NCBI GenBank assembly: GCA_965204745.1
Contig: OZ242010.1
Location: 5,152,001 to 5,216,000, forward strand
DNA from: Candidatus Latescibacterota bacterium
GTDB taxonomy: Bacteria; Latescibacterota; UBA2968
Length of the DNA: 64,000 bases
Reading direction: 5' to 3'
The notes beneath the pieces were generated by a model. The model saw nothing but the letters and a program-made list of their open reading frames with translations, was not told the DNA's origin and did no database searches. The translations under genes and the position numbers were made by a program. This document shows positions 46,881 to 56,161 of the stretch, piece after piece. Position 1 is the first letter of the stretch. The number at the start of each line of letters is the position of its first letter.

Positions 46881-46966
46881 GACTTCCTCCTTTGAAAATC
46901 AGTGGTGCTCTGCCCGGCCCAAAGGCAAGAGGCAAGAGGTAAGAGGCAAGATACTCTCTTAAAAGG

Positions 46967-47974
46967 TCAAGGGGTTTTCGGGGTGATTCGATAGAATTTT
47001 TCGCCCTCAAAATCTTGGTCATGGCGCAACATGCCCCAGATCGAATGGAGCAACTTTCGCATCACCGCAACGATAGCCTGCAAAGGTTTCTTGCCGCGGG
47101 CGATGAGTTGGTCATAGAAGGCTTTGACATGGCCTTCGTGTCTGATGGCCACCCAGGCAGGCATATAGAGGGCATGGCGGAGGTACTTATTCCCGGTTTT
47201 CGAGATGCGTCTTTGTGGATTGGCGGTTCCGGATTGTTTGGGTTTGGGATCCAGGCCTGCATGTGCGACCCACTGGGGCGGTTGCATCTCCTCTGGCAAA
47301 AGGGTCAACTCGGCCAAGAGCCGCAAGGCACTCGTTTGCGCGATGCCAGGCGTCGAGCAGAGGCGTTGGTAGGCACGCTTGAGGGGCTCATCGTGCAAAA
47401 CGAGATCGAGGGCTTGGCTTTCCAAGTATGCAATCCGGCGTTTGAAGTGTCGAATATTCACCTGAATATCGCGTGCGATGAGACGTGTGCTGCGGATGTG
47501 GTAGCTCTGCGCGTGGTTGCGGCTCTGTTCGCGGATGATCTCCTGCTTGAGTTGGTCAATGCGTCTGGTGAGGGCTTGCAGTTGAAGCCGTTGCTCGCTC
47601 GGCGCTTGCCAAGGCACAAAAGGCATGCGCTCGGCATAGTCGAGGATCAACAACGCATCCTTCGCATCCGTCTTCGCCCGTTGCATGCAGGCTTGGGCGT
47701 ACTTGCTCATCGCTTTGGGATTGACGACCATGACCTTTGTGTGGCGATGCCGATGCAAGGCCAAGGCCACCCCCAAACTGTAAAGCCCGGTCGCTTCGAG
47801 GCACACAGAGACCATGTGCCCGCCCTTCGTGAGCCACTTCAGCAACCGCTTATGCGCTTGGGGATCATTGGCAAAGGTCGCTTGCATGACAGCTTGTCCG
47901 GGTCTGGACAGGGCAACGGACAACGTGCGGGCACTGACATCAATGCCGGCAAAAGCGGGGTGAGATTTCGACAT
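46967..47974 (-). CDS. IS110 family DEDD recombinase/transposase
   Basis: 'GIDVS', 'CLEATG', 'KTDAKDA', 'AGLDP...QSG', 'SKTGNKYLRHALY', 'AVMRKL'. Confidence 0.95.
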   Translation of the reverse strand: MSKSHPAFAGIDVSARTLSVALSRPGQAVMQATFANDPQAHKRLLKWLTKGGHMVSVCLEATGLYSLGVALALHRHRHTKVMVVNPKAMSKYAQACMQRAKTDAKDALLILDYAERMPFVPWQAPSEQRLQLQALTRRIDQLKQEIIREQSRNHAQSYHIRSTRLIARDIQVNIRHFKRRIAYLESQALDLVLHDEPLKRAYQRLCSTPGIAQTSALRLLAELTLLPEEMQPPQWVAHAGLDPKPKQSGTANPQRRISKTGNKYLRHALYMPAWVAIRHEGHVKAFYDQLIARGKKPLQAIVAVMRKLLHSIWGMLRHDQDFEGEKFYRITPKTP

Positions 47975-47999
47975 GGGGGCCTCCTGTGATGAGGGGGTT

Positions 48000-48225
48000 G
48001 TAAGGGATCTGGTGCGCGCTCGGGGTCGCGTCCCGACCATTGACGCCAAGTCTACCGGTCTTGTATATGCAGCCTCAAGGGGCTTAGATACTCTTCGGCA
48101 TAGACCCGGCGGTCGGGGGGCCTATCTTACCTACAAGGTCATCGCCTTCAAGAGGGGCCGGCCTTCCCCGAGCCGGGCATCAAGATGGCTTATCTCGATA
48201 CGAGGGCGCAACTCCTAATTAACCC
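48000..48225 (-). ncRNA. Putative IS110 bridge RNA (ends approximate)
   Basis: Ordered guide-like segments on the minus strand: GGCCCCTCT (48159-48151), AGGTAAG (48132-48126), AGAGTATCT (48094-48086), ATACAAG (48066-48060), matching target and donor junctions. Confidence 0.7.
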
Positions 48226-48318
48226 TTACTTCCAAGATAGCAAGAGGGGAGAGGGCCACCCACAGCACGCTCCCCTAGCTCTTAGGGGTCAGTAGAGCGA
48301 AGGACGCAGTAGGTGTGG

Positions 48319-48900
48319 TCATGGCATCCTCGCCATCTGGGTTTCGAGTCGCTGGGCAAGGGCGTCGAAATCCTCGGGGCACTTCTGTCGGATCGCGCTT
48401 ATTCGGCGTGCGGCTTCGCGTCCGAAGGTATCGCGGCCGCCGCCAAGGCGATTGGCGATGCCGCGTTGTTGTGCCAGAACCTCAAAGTAATTTTCCTTGA
48501 CATGAATCTCTGCGCGAACGTCCGCCCAACGCCAATTATGAGACAAGTTCAAGCCCGCGAGAACCCAAGTCTCGATCTCTTCCCAAGCGTTCTCAGCCAA
48601 GAAAACCCGTTGACCTCCGAACCGCGCCTCGAGCTGGTTGAGCCTTTGTCGTCTCTGTGTGTTGCCATCGCGGTCGACGCATAAGATGAAAATGTCTATC
48701 ATGCCTCGATATTGTTCTACGATTTCTGCCATGCGTCTCGATTTTAGGGCTTCCCCAATGCCGCCGAGCAATGGGTCCTGACAAATTCGAATATGTGCGG
48801 AAGGTCTCGGTCTCTTGAAGGTTCTCATAAGCCGAGAGAAAAGCGGCTTGAGAATGTACTGGTCTTTGCGAAAGTCTTCCGGGATGATGAGGATGTTCAT
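48319..48900 (-). CDS. Hypothetical TOPRIM-like (DUF4276/RloB-like) partner of the ATPase
   Basis: 'ILIIPED', 'ILCVDRDG' DxD, 'EEIETW'; ATGA overlap with the ATPase. Confidence 0.65.
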   Translation of the reverse strand: MNILIIPEDFRKDQYILKPLFSRLMRTFKRPRPSAHIRICQDPLLGGIGEALKSRRMAEIVEQYRGMIDIFILCVDRDGNTQRRQRLNQLEARFGGQRVFLAENAWEEIETWVLAGLNLSHNWRWADVRAEIHVKENYFEVLAQQRGIANRLGGGRDTFGREAARRISAIRQKCPEDFDALAQRLETQMARMP

Positions 48901-50129
48901 TCTCTGATCCTCTCATCTTGAGCACGCGCCAAGTTGAGCATATCTTCCAGCCACCCACTCGTGTGGAGTCGTCCCAAGCCTTGAGATCGCCGCAACTTCT
49001 GTGCGTTGGGCAGACTAGCTACAGATCGGATGACAGCGTCGTCAGTGTCCTCAAGTCGGCAGATGACGGAGGTGTTTTCGAATGTCCTATCATCGATAAG
49101 GGCCAGCATGTCGGGCGAGTGGGTGGTGGTAATCACTTGGATGCCGTTCTGCGCGGTCTGTTTTTCGATCAGTTCGAGGAGTAGCCACAGGCGGTTGGGA
49201 TGAATGCCATTGTCGAGTTCCTCAAAAAAATAAATGCCCGATGGGTTCGTGCCGAGCAACGCGGTCAGCATAGCCAGAAAGCGCAGCGTGCCATCCGACG
49301 CGCTGTAAGCCGATACTTTTCTGCCATTCGCTTCGCAAATCATGAGATGGACCCGTCCACTGGGATCGCGCAAAAACTCAAAACCCGCCACATCCATCTG
49401 CGTGAGTTCCGCCAGCCACTCAGCGAGAATCTCCTGCTGCCGCGGATCAATACAGATTTCCGCCAGTACTGTAGGCAAGTTCTCGCCGCCGTCGCCCAAG
49501 ACAGTCGCATCGGGGAAAGCAGGCACCCGCATCTGTTCCGGCGACAATTCCAGAAAGCGGATGTTGGCGAGAACGCCAATTACTTGCGCGGCGAGATTCC
49601 CATAGTCTTGGTCGTGCCAAACCCCGAGGGGGTAACTTTGAATCTGTGTCAGTGCCGGTTGGTCTGGGCGCACCGCGATTATCTGATTAGTCTCTCCGAG
49701 GCGAAGGCATATAGCTTTTCTATGAGCAAGGCTATCTGGCTGGGTCGTGTAGATCGGCCTCCCATCGGCGTTTAGTTCTTCTCGCGCAACCCTGAATGTA
49801 CCCAGCCTGGTTTTATCGCGTCTGACTTTGATGGCGTAATTAAAGCGGTGATTCTCGACCCGAAATTTGACGCAAAGGGAGAGTGACGGTTGCCCAAAGC
49901 GGATGACTTCATCGGTAGCACCGCGGATCGGTTTCCAACCAGCCTCGTGCTTCCCGCCAAAAATCTCGGCTAAAGTGTAGCCACGACCAATGCCCTGTAA
50001 GAAGCGGAACGCGTCGCGGATGTTGCTCTTGCCGCTGGCGTTCTCTCCCACGAGTACGGTGAACGGACCTACGCGAAGCGTTTCGTCTGCGAAGTTCTTG
50101 AAATTGACGAGTCGGAGCGAAGTGATCAT
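48897..50129 (-). CDS. ABC-type (AAA_21/AAA_15-like) ATPase
   Basis: 'NFKNF', 'GENASGKSN', signature 'SDGT', 'FFEELDNGIHP', 'ITTTHSP'. Confidence 0.9.
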   Translation of the reverse strand: MITSLRLVNFKNFADETLRVGPFTVLVGENASGKSNIRDAFRFLQGIGRGYTLAEIFGGKHEAGWKPIRGATDEVIRFGQPSLSLCVKFRVENHRFNYAIKVRRDKTRLGTFRVAREELNADGRPIYTTQPDSLAHRKAICLRLGETNQIIAVRPDQPALTQIQSYPLGVWHDQDYGNLAAQVIGVLANIRFLELSPEQMRVPAFPDATVLGDGGENLPTVLAEICIDPRQQEILAEWLAELTQMDVAGFEFLRDPSGRVHLMICEANGRKVSAYSASDGTLRFLAMLTALLGTNPSGIYFFEELDNGIHPNRLWLLLELIEKQTAQNGIQVITTTHSPDMLALIDDRTFENTSVICRLEDTDDAVIRSVASLPNAQKLRRSQGLGRLHTSGWLEDMLNLARAQDERIRE

Positions 50130-50205
50130 GGTGCTTCTCCAAGTGGACTGTTTCCGCGCTTCGGGCAGGCACGGGGCGCCGCCACTACCTGCTTTTCATC
50201 CGCGG

Positions 50206-51183
50206 TTATCCACGGTTGCTTTTCCCCACCTTTACCACATGTTCCCGTTGCCAGTCTTTGACCAGCGGTTGCAGGTCGTTCCAGAATGCTTCGGGAATTT
50301 CAACCGTGCCTGCTGCGGCGTTTTGGCGGGTCTCGGCTTTGTCGCGCCCGCCGCAAAGGGTGGTTGCGATGAGGGGATGCCGCGTACACCACTGCAAAGA
50401 CGCGGCCACCAGTGGAATGCCGTAATCCGCGCACAGGGCTTGGATTTTGCCGACGTGATCCAACACGGCCCGGCTGAAATTGCGATTCACGTACGACCGC
50501 CCGGGGATGGGGCCCGTTGCCAGCAAACCGCGCTCGAGCGGCGTTGCAAGGGCGATCCCGACATCGTGTTTTGCCGCACTGGGGAAAATGAGCGCGTCTG
50601 CGGTGCGATTCAACAGGCTCCACGCATCCGGCACCACGGCCGCGTCGAACTCGCCGGTTTCGATGTACGGGCCATTGGACTCGGGGTCATTGGCCGCAAT
50701 GCCCACAAAGCGCAACACGCCCTCATCCTGCAATTTTCGCAGTGCGCCGAGCGCGCTGTTTTTTGCCATGACCTGTTGCATGGGAAAATCCATTGGGTCG
50801 TGGATGTACAGCACGTCAAACGCATCGACCCCCAAGCGCGCCCGACTGTCTTGGACTTGCCGCATCACCCCGTCATAAGAATAATCGTGCCCGTCCGGCA
50901 AATTGCCCACCTTGGTCGTCACCGTGCACTTTGCGGCCAAGTCGGGCCGCTCGCGCAACACGCGCCCGATGATTTTTTCACTCGCGGTGCTCCCGTAGAG
51001 CGGCGCCGTATCGATCAACGTGCAACCGGCCTCAATCGCAGCCACCACATTCTCCGCGCCTGCATCTTCGTCAACCCGCGCAGACAAGCCGCCATCCGCG
51101 CCCATGACGCGCCCGAGAAACGCCGTGCCAAACCCGACAATGGGCACGCGCAACCCGGTTCTGCCCAAAACCTTTGTCTGCAT
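50206..51183 (-). CDS. Aldo/keto reductase
   Basis: 'LGRTGL', 'IDTAPLYG', 'TTKVG', 'YIHDP'. Confidence 0.92.
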   Translation of the reverse strand: MQTKVLGRTGLRVPIVGFGTAFLGRVMGADGGLSARVDEDAGAENVVAAIEAGCTLIDTAPLYGSTASEKIIGRVLRERPDLAAKCTVTTKVGNLPDGHDYSYDGVMRQVQDSRARLGVDAFDVLYIHDPMDFPMQQVMAKNSALGALRKLQDEGVLRFVGIAANDPESNGPYIETGEFDAAVVPDAWSLLNRTADALIFPSAAKHDVGIALATPLERGLLATGPIPGRSYVNRNFSRAVLDHVGKIQALCADYGIPLVAASLQWCTRHPLIATTLCGGRDKAETRQNAAAGTVEIPEAFWNDLQPLVKDWQREHVVKVGKSNRG

Positions 51184-51292
51184 TGCAACGCTCCTGTGCC
51201 GAACAGAAATGGGGGAATCATTCGTCTTAAAACCGTCTCTCAAAAACAAAAAACCCACGCATAATAGACGACCGAACACCATGAGTCAACGC

Positions 51293-51327
51293 AAAAAATC
51301 CCCTGCTCCGCATTGGAGAACAGGGGA
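51293..51327 (-). terminator. Rho-independent terminator-like hairpin upstream of the AKR gene
   Basis: Minus strand TCCCCTG-TTCTCC-loop-GGAG-CAGGGGA followed by T6. Confidence 0.5.
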
Positions 51328-51374
51328 GACGAACATCTCTATGGCGTCTCGGGTACGATCAGAGGATGGCTTAC

Positions 51375-51455
51375 TCGTTCATGTCTTTGGGCGATTGACC
51401 GCGGCTTGCTTCTTACTCGCTTTCTGCTCTTAATTCGCATTGACAACTGACAACT
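51375..51455 (-). repeat. ~80-bp dispersed repeat, copy 2
   Basis: Reverse complement of 15337-15417. Confidence 0.85.
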
Positions 51456-51627
51456 TGAGAGAGATAGCGCGGTGGCCTTCTCCCGTCTCCCGTCTCGCCT
51501 GTTGCTTTTGAACTTGTACCCCGTGCGTGTTTTTTGTGCCTCTGTATTGGCACGCGCTTGTTTTGCCTCTTTTATTTTCTTGTGAAGATGGCAAAACGAT
51601 TCTATTTTTTGCGCGGAGGTGATCTCA

Positions 51628-52428
51628 ATGTCTGCCAAAGCACGTCTCTACGCGATTATGGAAAAGGCCGAGGAGGGGGATCGGCTGAGTCGCATCTTTG
51701 ACATCTGCATTGTGACGCTCATCGTGCTGAATGTGACGATGGTCATTTTGGAGACGGTCAAAGGGGTAAAAGAGGTTTACGGTGGGTTTGTCGATGGTTT
51801 TGAAGCGATCTGTGTGCTGATCTTCACGGTTGAATACGCGCTGCGAATCTGGTGTTGCACCGCAGATGTAAAATTCGCGCGGCCCATCCGGGGGCGGTTG
51901 GCATTTATGCTGACGCCGTTGGCACTGATCGACCTGATCGCCATCTTCCCCTATTACGTTTTTTTGCTCGTGCCCGTGCCGCCCAATTACACCCTGCCCT
52001 TGCGCTTGTTGCGGCTATTCCGCCTGCTCAAAGTGGGGCGGTACTCGCGGTCGATGCGCTTGTTTGGCGGGGTCATCTGGCAAAAACGCCAAGAGCTTTA
52101 CATCGTGGCATTTGCATTGACGCTTTTGTTGGTGATCGTCTCGAGTTTGATGTATTTTGTCGAACACCACGCACAGCCCGATGCCTTTTCGAGCATTCCC
52201 AAAACCATGTGGTGGGGCATCGTCACCCTCACAACCGTGGGCTATGGCGACGTGTTTCCCATCACCCCATTGGGCAAGTTCTTGGGCGCGCTGATCGCGG
52301 TGCTCGGCGTGGGCATGTTCGCCTTGCCCGCGGGCATTTTGAGTTCCGGATTTGTCGAAGCCATGCAACACATTGACCGCGACCACAAGTGCCCGCATTG
52401 CGGAAAGGAAATCGGTAGCCAAAAATAA
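51628..52428 (+). CDS. Voltage-gated-type potassium channel (ion transporter)
   Basis: S4 'LRLLRLFRLLK', filter 'TTVGYGD'; C-terminal CPHC. Confidence 0.93.
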   Translation: MSAKARLYAIMEKAEEGDRLSRIFDICIVTLIVLNVTMVILETVKGVKEVYGGFVDGFEAICVLIFTVEYALRIWCCTADVKFARPIRGRLAFMLTPLALIDLIAIFPYYVFLLVPVPPNYTLPLRLLRLFRLLKVGRYSRSMRLFGGVIWQKRQELYIVAFALTLLLVIVSSLMYFVEHHAQPDAFSSIPKTMWWGIVTLTTVGYGDVFPITPLGKFLGALIAVLGVGMFALPAGILSSGFVEAMQHIDRDHKCPHCGKEIGSQK

Positions 52429-52454
52429 ACGCAAAGATGAGAAAGGAGTCAAAA

Positions 52455-53255
52455 ATGAAATGGGTCATTGGCAGCACCACGCGCCCCTATAACGCCTTGT
52501 CATTTGCCGAGGCGTGCGAGCGGATCGCCCGTGCGGGATATGCGGATGTGGCTGTATTCGCACACAACCGGGTGATGCCCGTGGACGCTGACAGCAGCGC
52601 GGCAGAGGTCGCAGATGCCAAAAAGGCCGCTGCCCACGCCGGGCTTCATCCCTCCATGTTGCTCGGGCAAGCGCGGTTGGATCGCGGCGTTGAAGGCGCT
52701 GTGACCGCGTACAAACACTTGTTGAACAACGCCGCCGAACTGGGCGCGCAGTGGGTCTTGGAATTGGGAACGAGCAAGGAAGCGCATTACGGCATCTATC
52801 CCGAAGTGATGCGCCGAGCCGCCGAACACGCAGAGACTGTAGGCGTGGGGATTTCCCTGAAGCCACACGGCGGCATCAGCCTGACCGCGAAAGAACTCAT
52901 CGACCTGTACCATCGCGTGGATCGCCCGGCATTTGCGGTGAGCTACGACCCGGGCAATATCATCCACTACACCCGCGGCGACGTGCGCCCAGAGCGAGAA
53001 GTGGATGAGATCGCCCCCTACACTTCAACGGCCATTGTGAAAGACTGCGCGCTCGATGCCGAGAACAATCCCGATGTGAACACCACAGCAGGCGATGGCG
53101 AAGTCGATTTTCACCGCATACTCTCCGGATTGACCCGCGGCGGCTTCACCGGGCCTCTGTACGTGGAATGCGTCGGCTCCAAAGACCATGAGGGCATAGA
53201 CCGCGACCTGGCCTTTACGCTTGGATATATCAAAGGGATTCTGTCAGGGCTGTAA
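52455..53255 (+). CDS. Sugar phosphate isomerase/epimerase (TIM barrel)
   Basis: 'KPHGG', 'YDPGN', 'VKD', 'GDGEVDF', 'GFTGPLYVE'. Confidence 0.82.
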   Translation: MKWVIGSTTRPYNALSFAEACERIARAGYADVAVFAHNRVMPVDADSSAAEVADAKKAAAHAGLHPSMLLGQARLDRGVEGAVTAYKHLLNNAAELGAQWVLELGTSKEAHYGIYPEVMRRAAEHAETVGVGISLKPHGGISLTAKELIDLYHRVDRPAFAVSYDPGNIIHYTRGDVRPEREVDEIAPYTSTAIVKDCALDAENNPDVNTTAGDGEVDFHRILSGLTRGGFTGPLYVECVGSKDHEGIDRDLAFTLGYIKGILSGL

Positions 53256-53267
53256 AAGGAGGATGTT

Positions 53268-54269
53268 ATGCCAAACAAAATTCGGGTTGCAGTGATTGGA
53301 ACCGGGCAGCGAGGGCCGGCGCATGCGCGGGCCTTGTTGGGATGCGACAACGCCGAACTCGCCCTCGTGTGCGATATAGACGAAGCGCGGGCCAAAAACG
53401 CGGCTGAGAATTTCAATGTGGAGTACGTGCTCGATCACCGCGAGGCGATAGCGTGCGAGGATATCGACGCGCTGGGCATTGCAACGCACACGCGCCACCA
53501 TGCAGGGGTTATGCGAGACGTTGCCGCAGCGGGCAAGCCGTTTCTGGTCGAAAAGCCATATTGCGAAAGCATCGAATCCGGCAAAGAAATTTGCGAGATC
53601 GCAGAGCGGCAAGGCGTCGTCGCGATGGTGGGCTATCAATCGCGCTTCACCGCGTTTGCCCAAGAGATGAAGGCACTCGCCGAGCAAATCGACTTGGTGC
53701 AGACCAATGTCACGCTTCAGCGCGGATTTTTCAACCCGCAATACTTTTTCCCCGAACATTACAGCGGCATCATAGACGCGCTTTCGCATACGATGGACCT
53801 GGCACTGTGGTGGACGGGCGCGTTGCCTGTGGAAGTGATGGCGCACGAGCGATGCGGCTTGTTCAAACCCGATAAAGGTGCCGTGGAATTTGTCAACATC
53901 ATCGCCCGGTGCGAAGGCGGGCAAATCGCGTGTATGACGGGCAGCATGGCCGGATTGCAAATGCAGAACATCTTTCAAATGGCGGGTTTGCGGGGCAATA
54001 TCTCGGCCACAGACCGCAACCGGATCCGGTACGTCACCCATCGCGGATTTAACGAAGACAAAACCCCAATCGATCTCAAAGCGGGCGAATGGACCGGATC
54101 TCGCAACGAAGGCATGGATATGTGGACGCACTTTGCCCAATGCGTGCGAGAAGGGCGAACCGATGTCTCGCCCGGAGCGAGCCTGCGAGAAGGCCTGGCG
54201 CAAGTGGCGGTGAGCGAAGGCGCGTATCGCTCGTCCAACGAAGGGAAAGCCATCGCCATCGCGCTTTAG
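53268..54269 (+). CDS. Gfo/Idh/MocA family oxidoreductase
   Basis: 'AVIGTGQRG', 'LVEKP', 'SHTMD'. Confidence 0.9.
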   Translation: MPNKIRVAVIGTGQRGPAHARALLGCDNAELALVCDIDEARAKNAAENFNVEYVLDHREAIACEDIDALGIATHTRHHAGVMRDVAAAGKPFLVEKPYCESIESGKEICEIAERQGVVAMVGYQSRFTAFAQEMKALAEQIDLVQTNVTLQRGFFNPQYFFPEHYSGIIDALSHTMDLALWWTGALPVEVMAHERCGLFKPDKGAVEFVNIIARCEGGQIACMTGSMAGLQMQNIFQMAGLRGNISATDRNRIRYVTHRGFNEDKTPIDLKAGEWTGSRNEGMDMWTHFAQCVREGRTDVSPGASLREGLAQVAVSEGAYRSSNEGKAIAIAL

Positions 54270-54324
54270 GGCGCGCTCAACCTGATGGGAGACGAGCTGA
54301 ATCCCGGATTGAGATCGCGAGGTC

Positions 54325-55161
54325 TTACAAGAGCGGCAATTGCGGGGTCTTGGGAGGATAGAAAACGCCAATGATAATGAAAGGATTTCGCGATCTGCGA
54401 TGATGTTGTAGCGTAGTACCCAAAAAGAGATACACGTCATTCTTCTCGAGAAACGTATCGAAATATTTCTTGCGAACAAGCGCGTTGGCTTCTGCTTCAT
54501 CTCCATCGGTTTGTTTCAAGCAATTCCAGAACAGCGCGCCGATTTCCCAATCTTCAATCATCATTCTACGTGGCTGATCATCGCCTTCCGAAAGAAGCTT
54601 ATAGGAATACTTGTAAGGCAATTTTCGCACAACCGGACGCGATTGCATCTCCCCCAGTTCATTGGTTTCAAAAATATCACCCTGTTGATTTTGAGCGATA
54701 AATTTATCGTTCCAATCGCGATCTGTTTCTTCGATCACAAAATCGACAATTTCAGCGGGTTTAAGCGTAGCGAGCGATTTGAATTCCTCACTCTTGGCCC
54801 GTGCGATAAGTTCTTTCATCGATGTAAAAACTTCCTTCAGCACAAGGTTCTTGCGTTCAGCCCATGCATTTTGCGTACCCAGCTTATCGCCTACTTGAAT
54901 CAATTCATCGATGCCCCGATGTGGTCGATAGCTTTCGGGGCGAAAATCCTGTTCTCTTCTTTGCAAATCAAGCGTAATCCAACTGTATTTCGGATACTGC
55001 TGGCTATCCTGTAAAAACCGAAACGGAACCGGATAAATCCGAATCCACTGTTCGCCATTGAGCAATCCCGCTGTACAAACCAATTCTCCATACTTGCTCG
55101 AAGGCTGGGGATAGGTCTTAACCGTGATAAACACCTTTGCCTGGGGAATTTCACGATTCAT
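54325..55161 (-). CDS. Hypothetical protein coupled to a DUF488 gene
   Basis: 278-aa ORF, GGAGG RBS, 'KTYP..S.KY.E.VCTAG', 'WIRIYP..FR', 'IEDWE', 'GVFYPP'; AT-richer than flanks. Confidence 0.75.
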   Translation of the reverse strand: MNREIPQAKVFITVKTYPQPSSKYGELVCTAGLLNGEQWIRIYPVPFRFLQDSQQYPKYSWITLDLQRREQDFRPESYRPHRGIDELIQVGDKLGTQNAWAERKNLVLKEVFTSMKELIARAKSEEFKSLATLKPAEIVDFVIEETDRDWNDKFIAQNQQGDIFETNELGEMQSRPVVRKLPYKYSYKLLSEGDDQPRRMMIEDWEIGALFWNCLKQTDGDEAEANALVRKKYFDTFLEKNDVYLFLGTTLQHHRRSRNPFIIIGVFYPPKTPQLPLL

Positions 55162-55170
55162 TTTTGCCTC

Positions 55171-56055
55171 CTATAAATGGATAACTCGGGTGTCAAAGGC
55201 CGCGCTTTTTTTTAAGTATTCCGTCACCTGATTGCGATGACAGCAGTGATGATCTCTTTCAAAGCACGTTAATGCAATGCGCGTGTGTTCGTCCAATAAT
55301 ATCTCGACATCTTTGAGACACTCGCGTTGGTTTGGCAAAATTTCTGTGCTATAATATTCAAACAAATCTCGATACGCCCTTGGCGAATTTAGATCGCGCC
55401 GCAAATTTGATGGAATGCCCAACTCTGGCAGGTGGTAATATTGAAGACCGGCGCGTTCTGTATAACGTTGGAATTTCGCTTTGGAAAACCCATATTTCAT
55501 AGAGAATGGATTTTTTCGCACATCGACGAGTGCCTTGACGTGATGGGCGATCAACTGATTCAGATAGGCGTCAATGCTTTTGCCCTCGTATCCAATTGTG
55601 AAAAGACACGGCGATGTATCTCGCAAAAACCACGGTTGCAAGGACGCGATTTCATCTTGGCTTAACACCTCGGAAAGAATCGCACTTCGACAGGCGTAGT
55701 GAGGAAATTCGAGATATGTTTTTCGAATGAGTGGATTGCCGCGCAACCCATTTGTTTTTGCGACAAAAGTTTTAAGAGCAATTTGATCTTTGGGCTTGAG
55801 TTGCTCAATGAAAGACGCATCTGCGACAACCACAAAATTCTCATTCTCGCCCAAAAGTCCTCGTGATTCCAAACGACTCTTATCCCAATAAGACAAAAAA
55901 CTAAACCCACCGTATTTGTAGGGAAAAAAATCGTAGAAATTTTGCTTGGTATATTGGCAAAACAAAAAGAGCAATTTTTGAAAATCCGTCCGCTTTAATT
56001 TTTTCCCACATGCCTCAACCAATGCCAATAGAATTTTTTGCCGATAATACATCAT
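55171..56055 (-). CDS. DUF488 domain protein with N-terminal wHTH/SocA-like domain
   Basis: 'FTIGYEG', 'LVDVR.NP.S.K.GFSK', 'LGIPS', 'LTCFE...CHR'; N-terminal 'FQKLLFL...PYKYGGFS'. Confidence 0.85.
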   Translation of the reverse strand: MMYYRQKILLALVEACGKKLKRTDFQKLLFLFCQYTKQNFYDFFPYKYGGFSFLSYWDKSRLESRGLLGENENFVVVADASFIEQLKPKDQIALKTFVAKTNGLRGNPLIRKTYLEFPHYACRSAILSEVLSQDEIASLQPWFLRDTSPCLFTIGYEGKSIDAYLNQLIAHHVKALVDVRKNPFSMKYGFSKAKFQRYTERAGLQYYHLPELGIPSNLRRDLNSPRAYRDLFEYYSTEILPNQRECLKDVEILLDEHTRIALTCFERDHHCCHRNQVTEYLKKSAAFDTRVIHL

Positions 56056-56161
56056 AGCACACCTCACATTGAGCAACCCAAGGATCACAAACGCACATCG
56101 TGCAATTTACTACACGAATGTTCAGTTGTCAAGTTTGTTTTTTTCCACGCAAAGGAAGGAT

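Larger units (their letters stand above)
46949..48244 (-). mobile_element. IS110-family insertion sequence (boundaries include both CT cores)
   Basis: Transposase plus ~270-bp upstream non-coding end; TCTTGC microhomology at both junctions; removal restores ggtggccctctcccctCTtgcctcttacc, a host repeat. Confidence 0.85.

Noticed and set aside
45213-46895. Long plus-strand ORF of 560 aa (also 24938-26353, 26214-27590, 49990-51264, 47015-47989, 19317-20405)
   Set aside because: Antisense shadows of well-supported minus-strand genes in GC-rich DNA, with no recognisable motifs.
46947-48239. Alternative IS110 boundary using the 7-bp TATCTTG repeat as a target duplication
   Set aside because: It gives a left target (TTGCTATCT) that matches the putative guide poorly and does not restore the host repeat; the TCTTGC/CT-core model fits both.
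53244-54506. 420-aa minus-strand ORF (also 63140-63883, 61928-62800)
   Set aside because: Antisense to the Gfo/Idh/MocA, M16 peptidase and proA genes.
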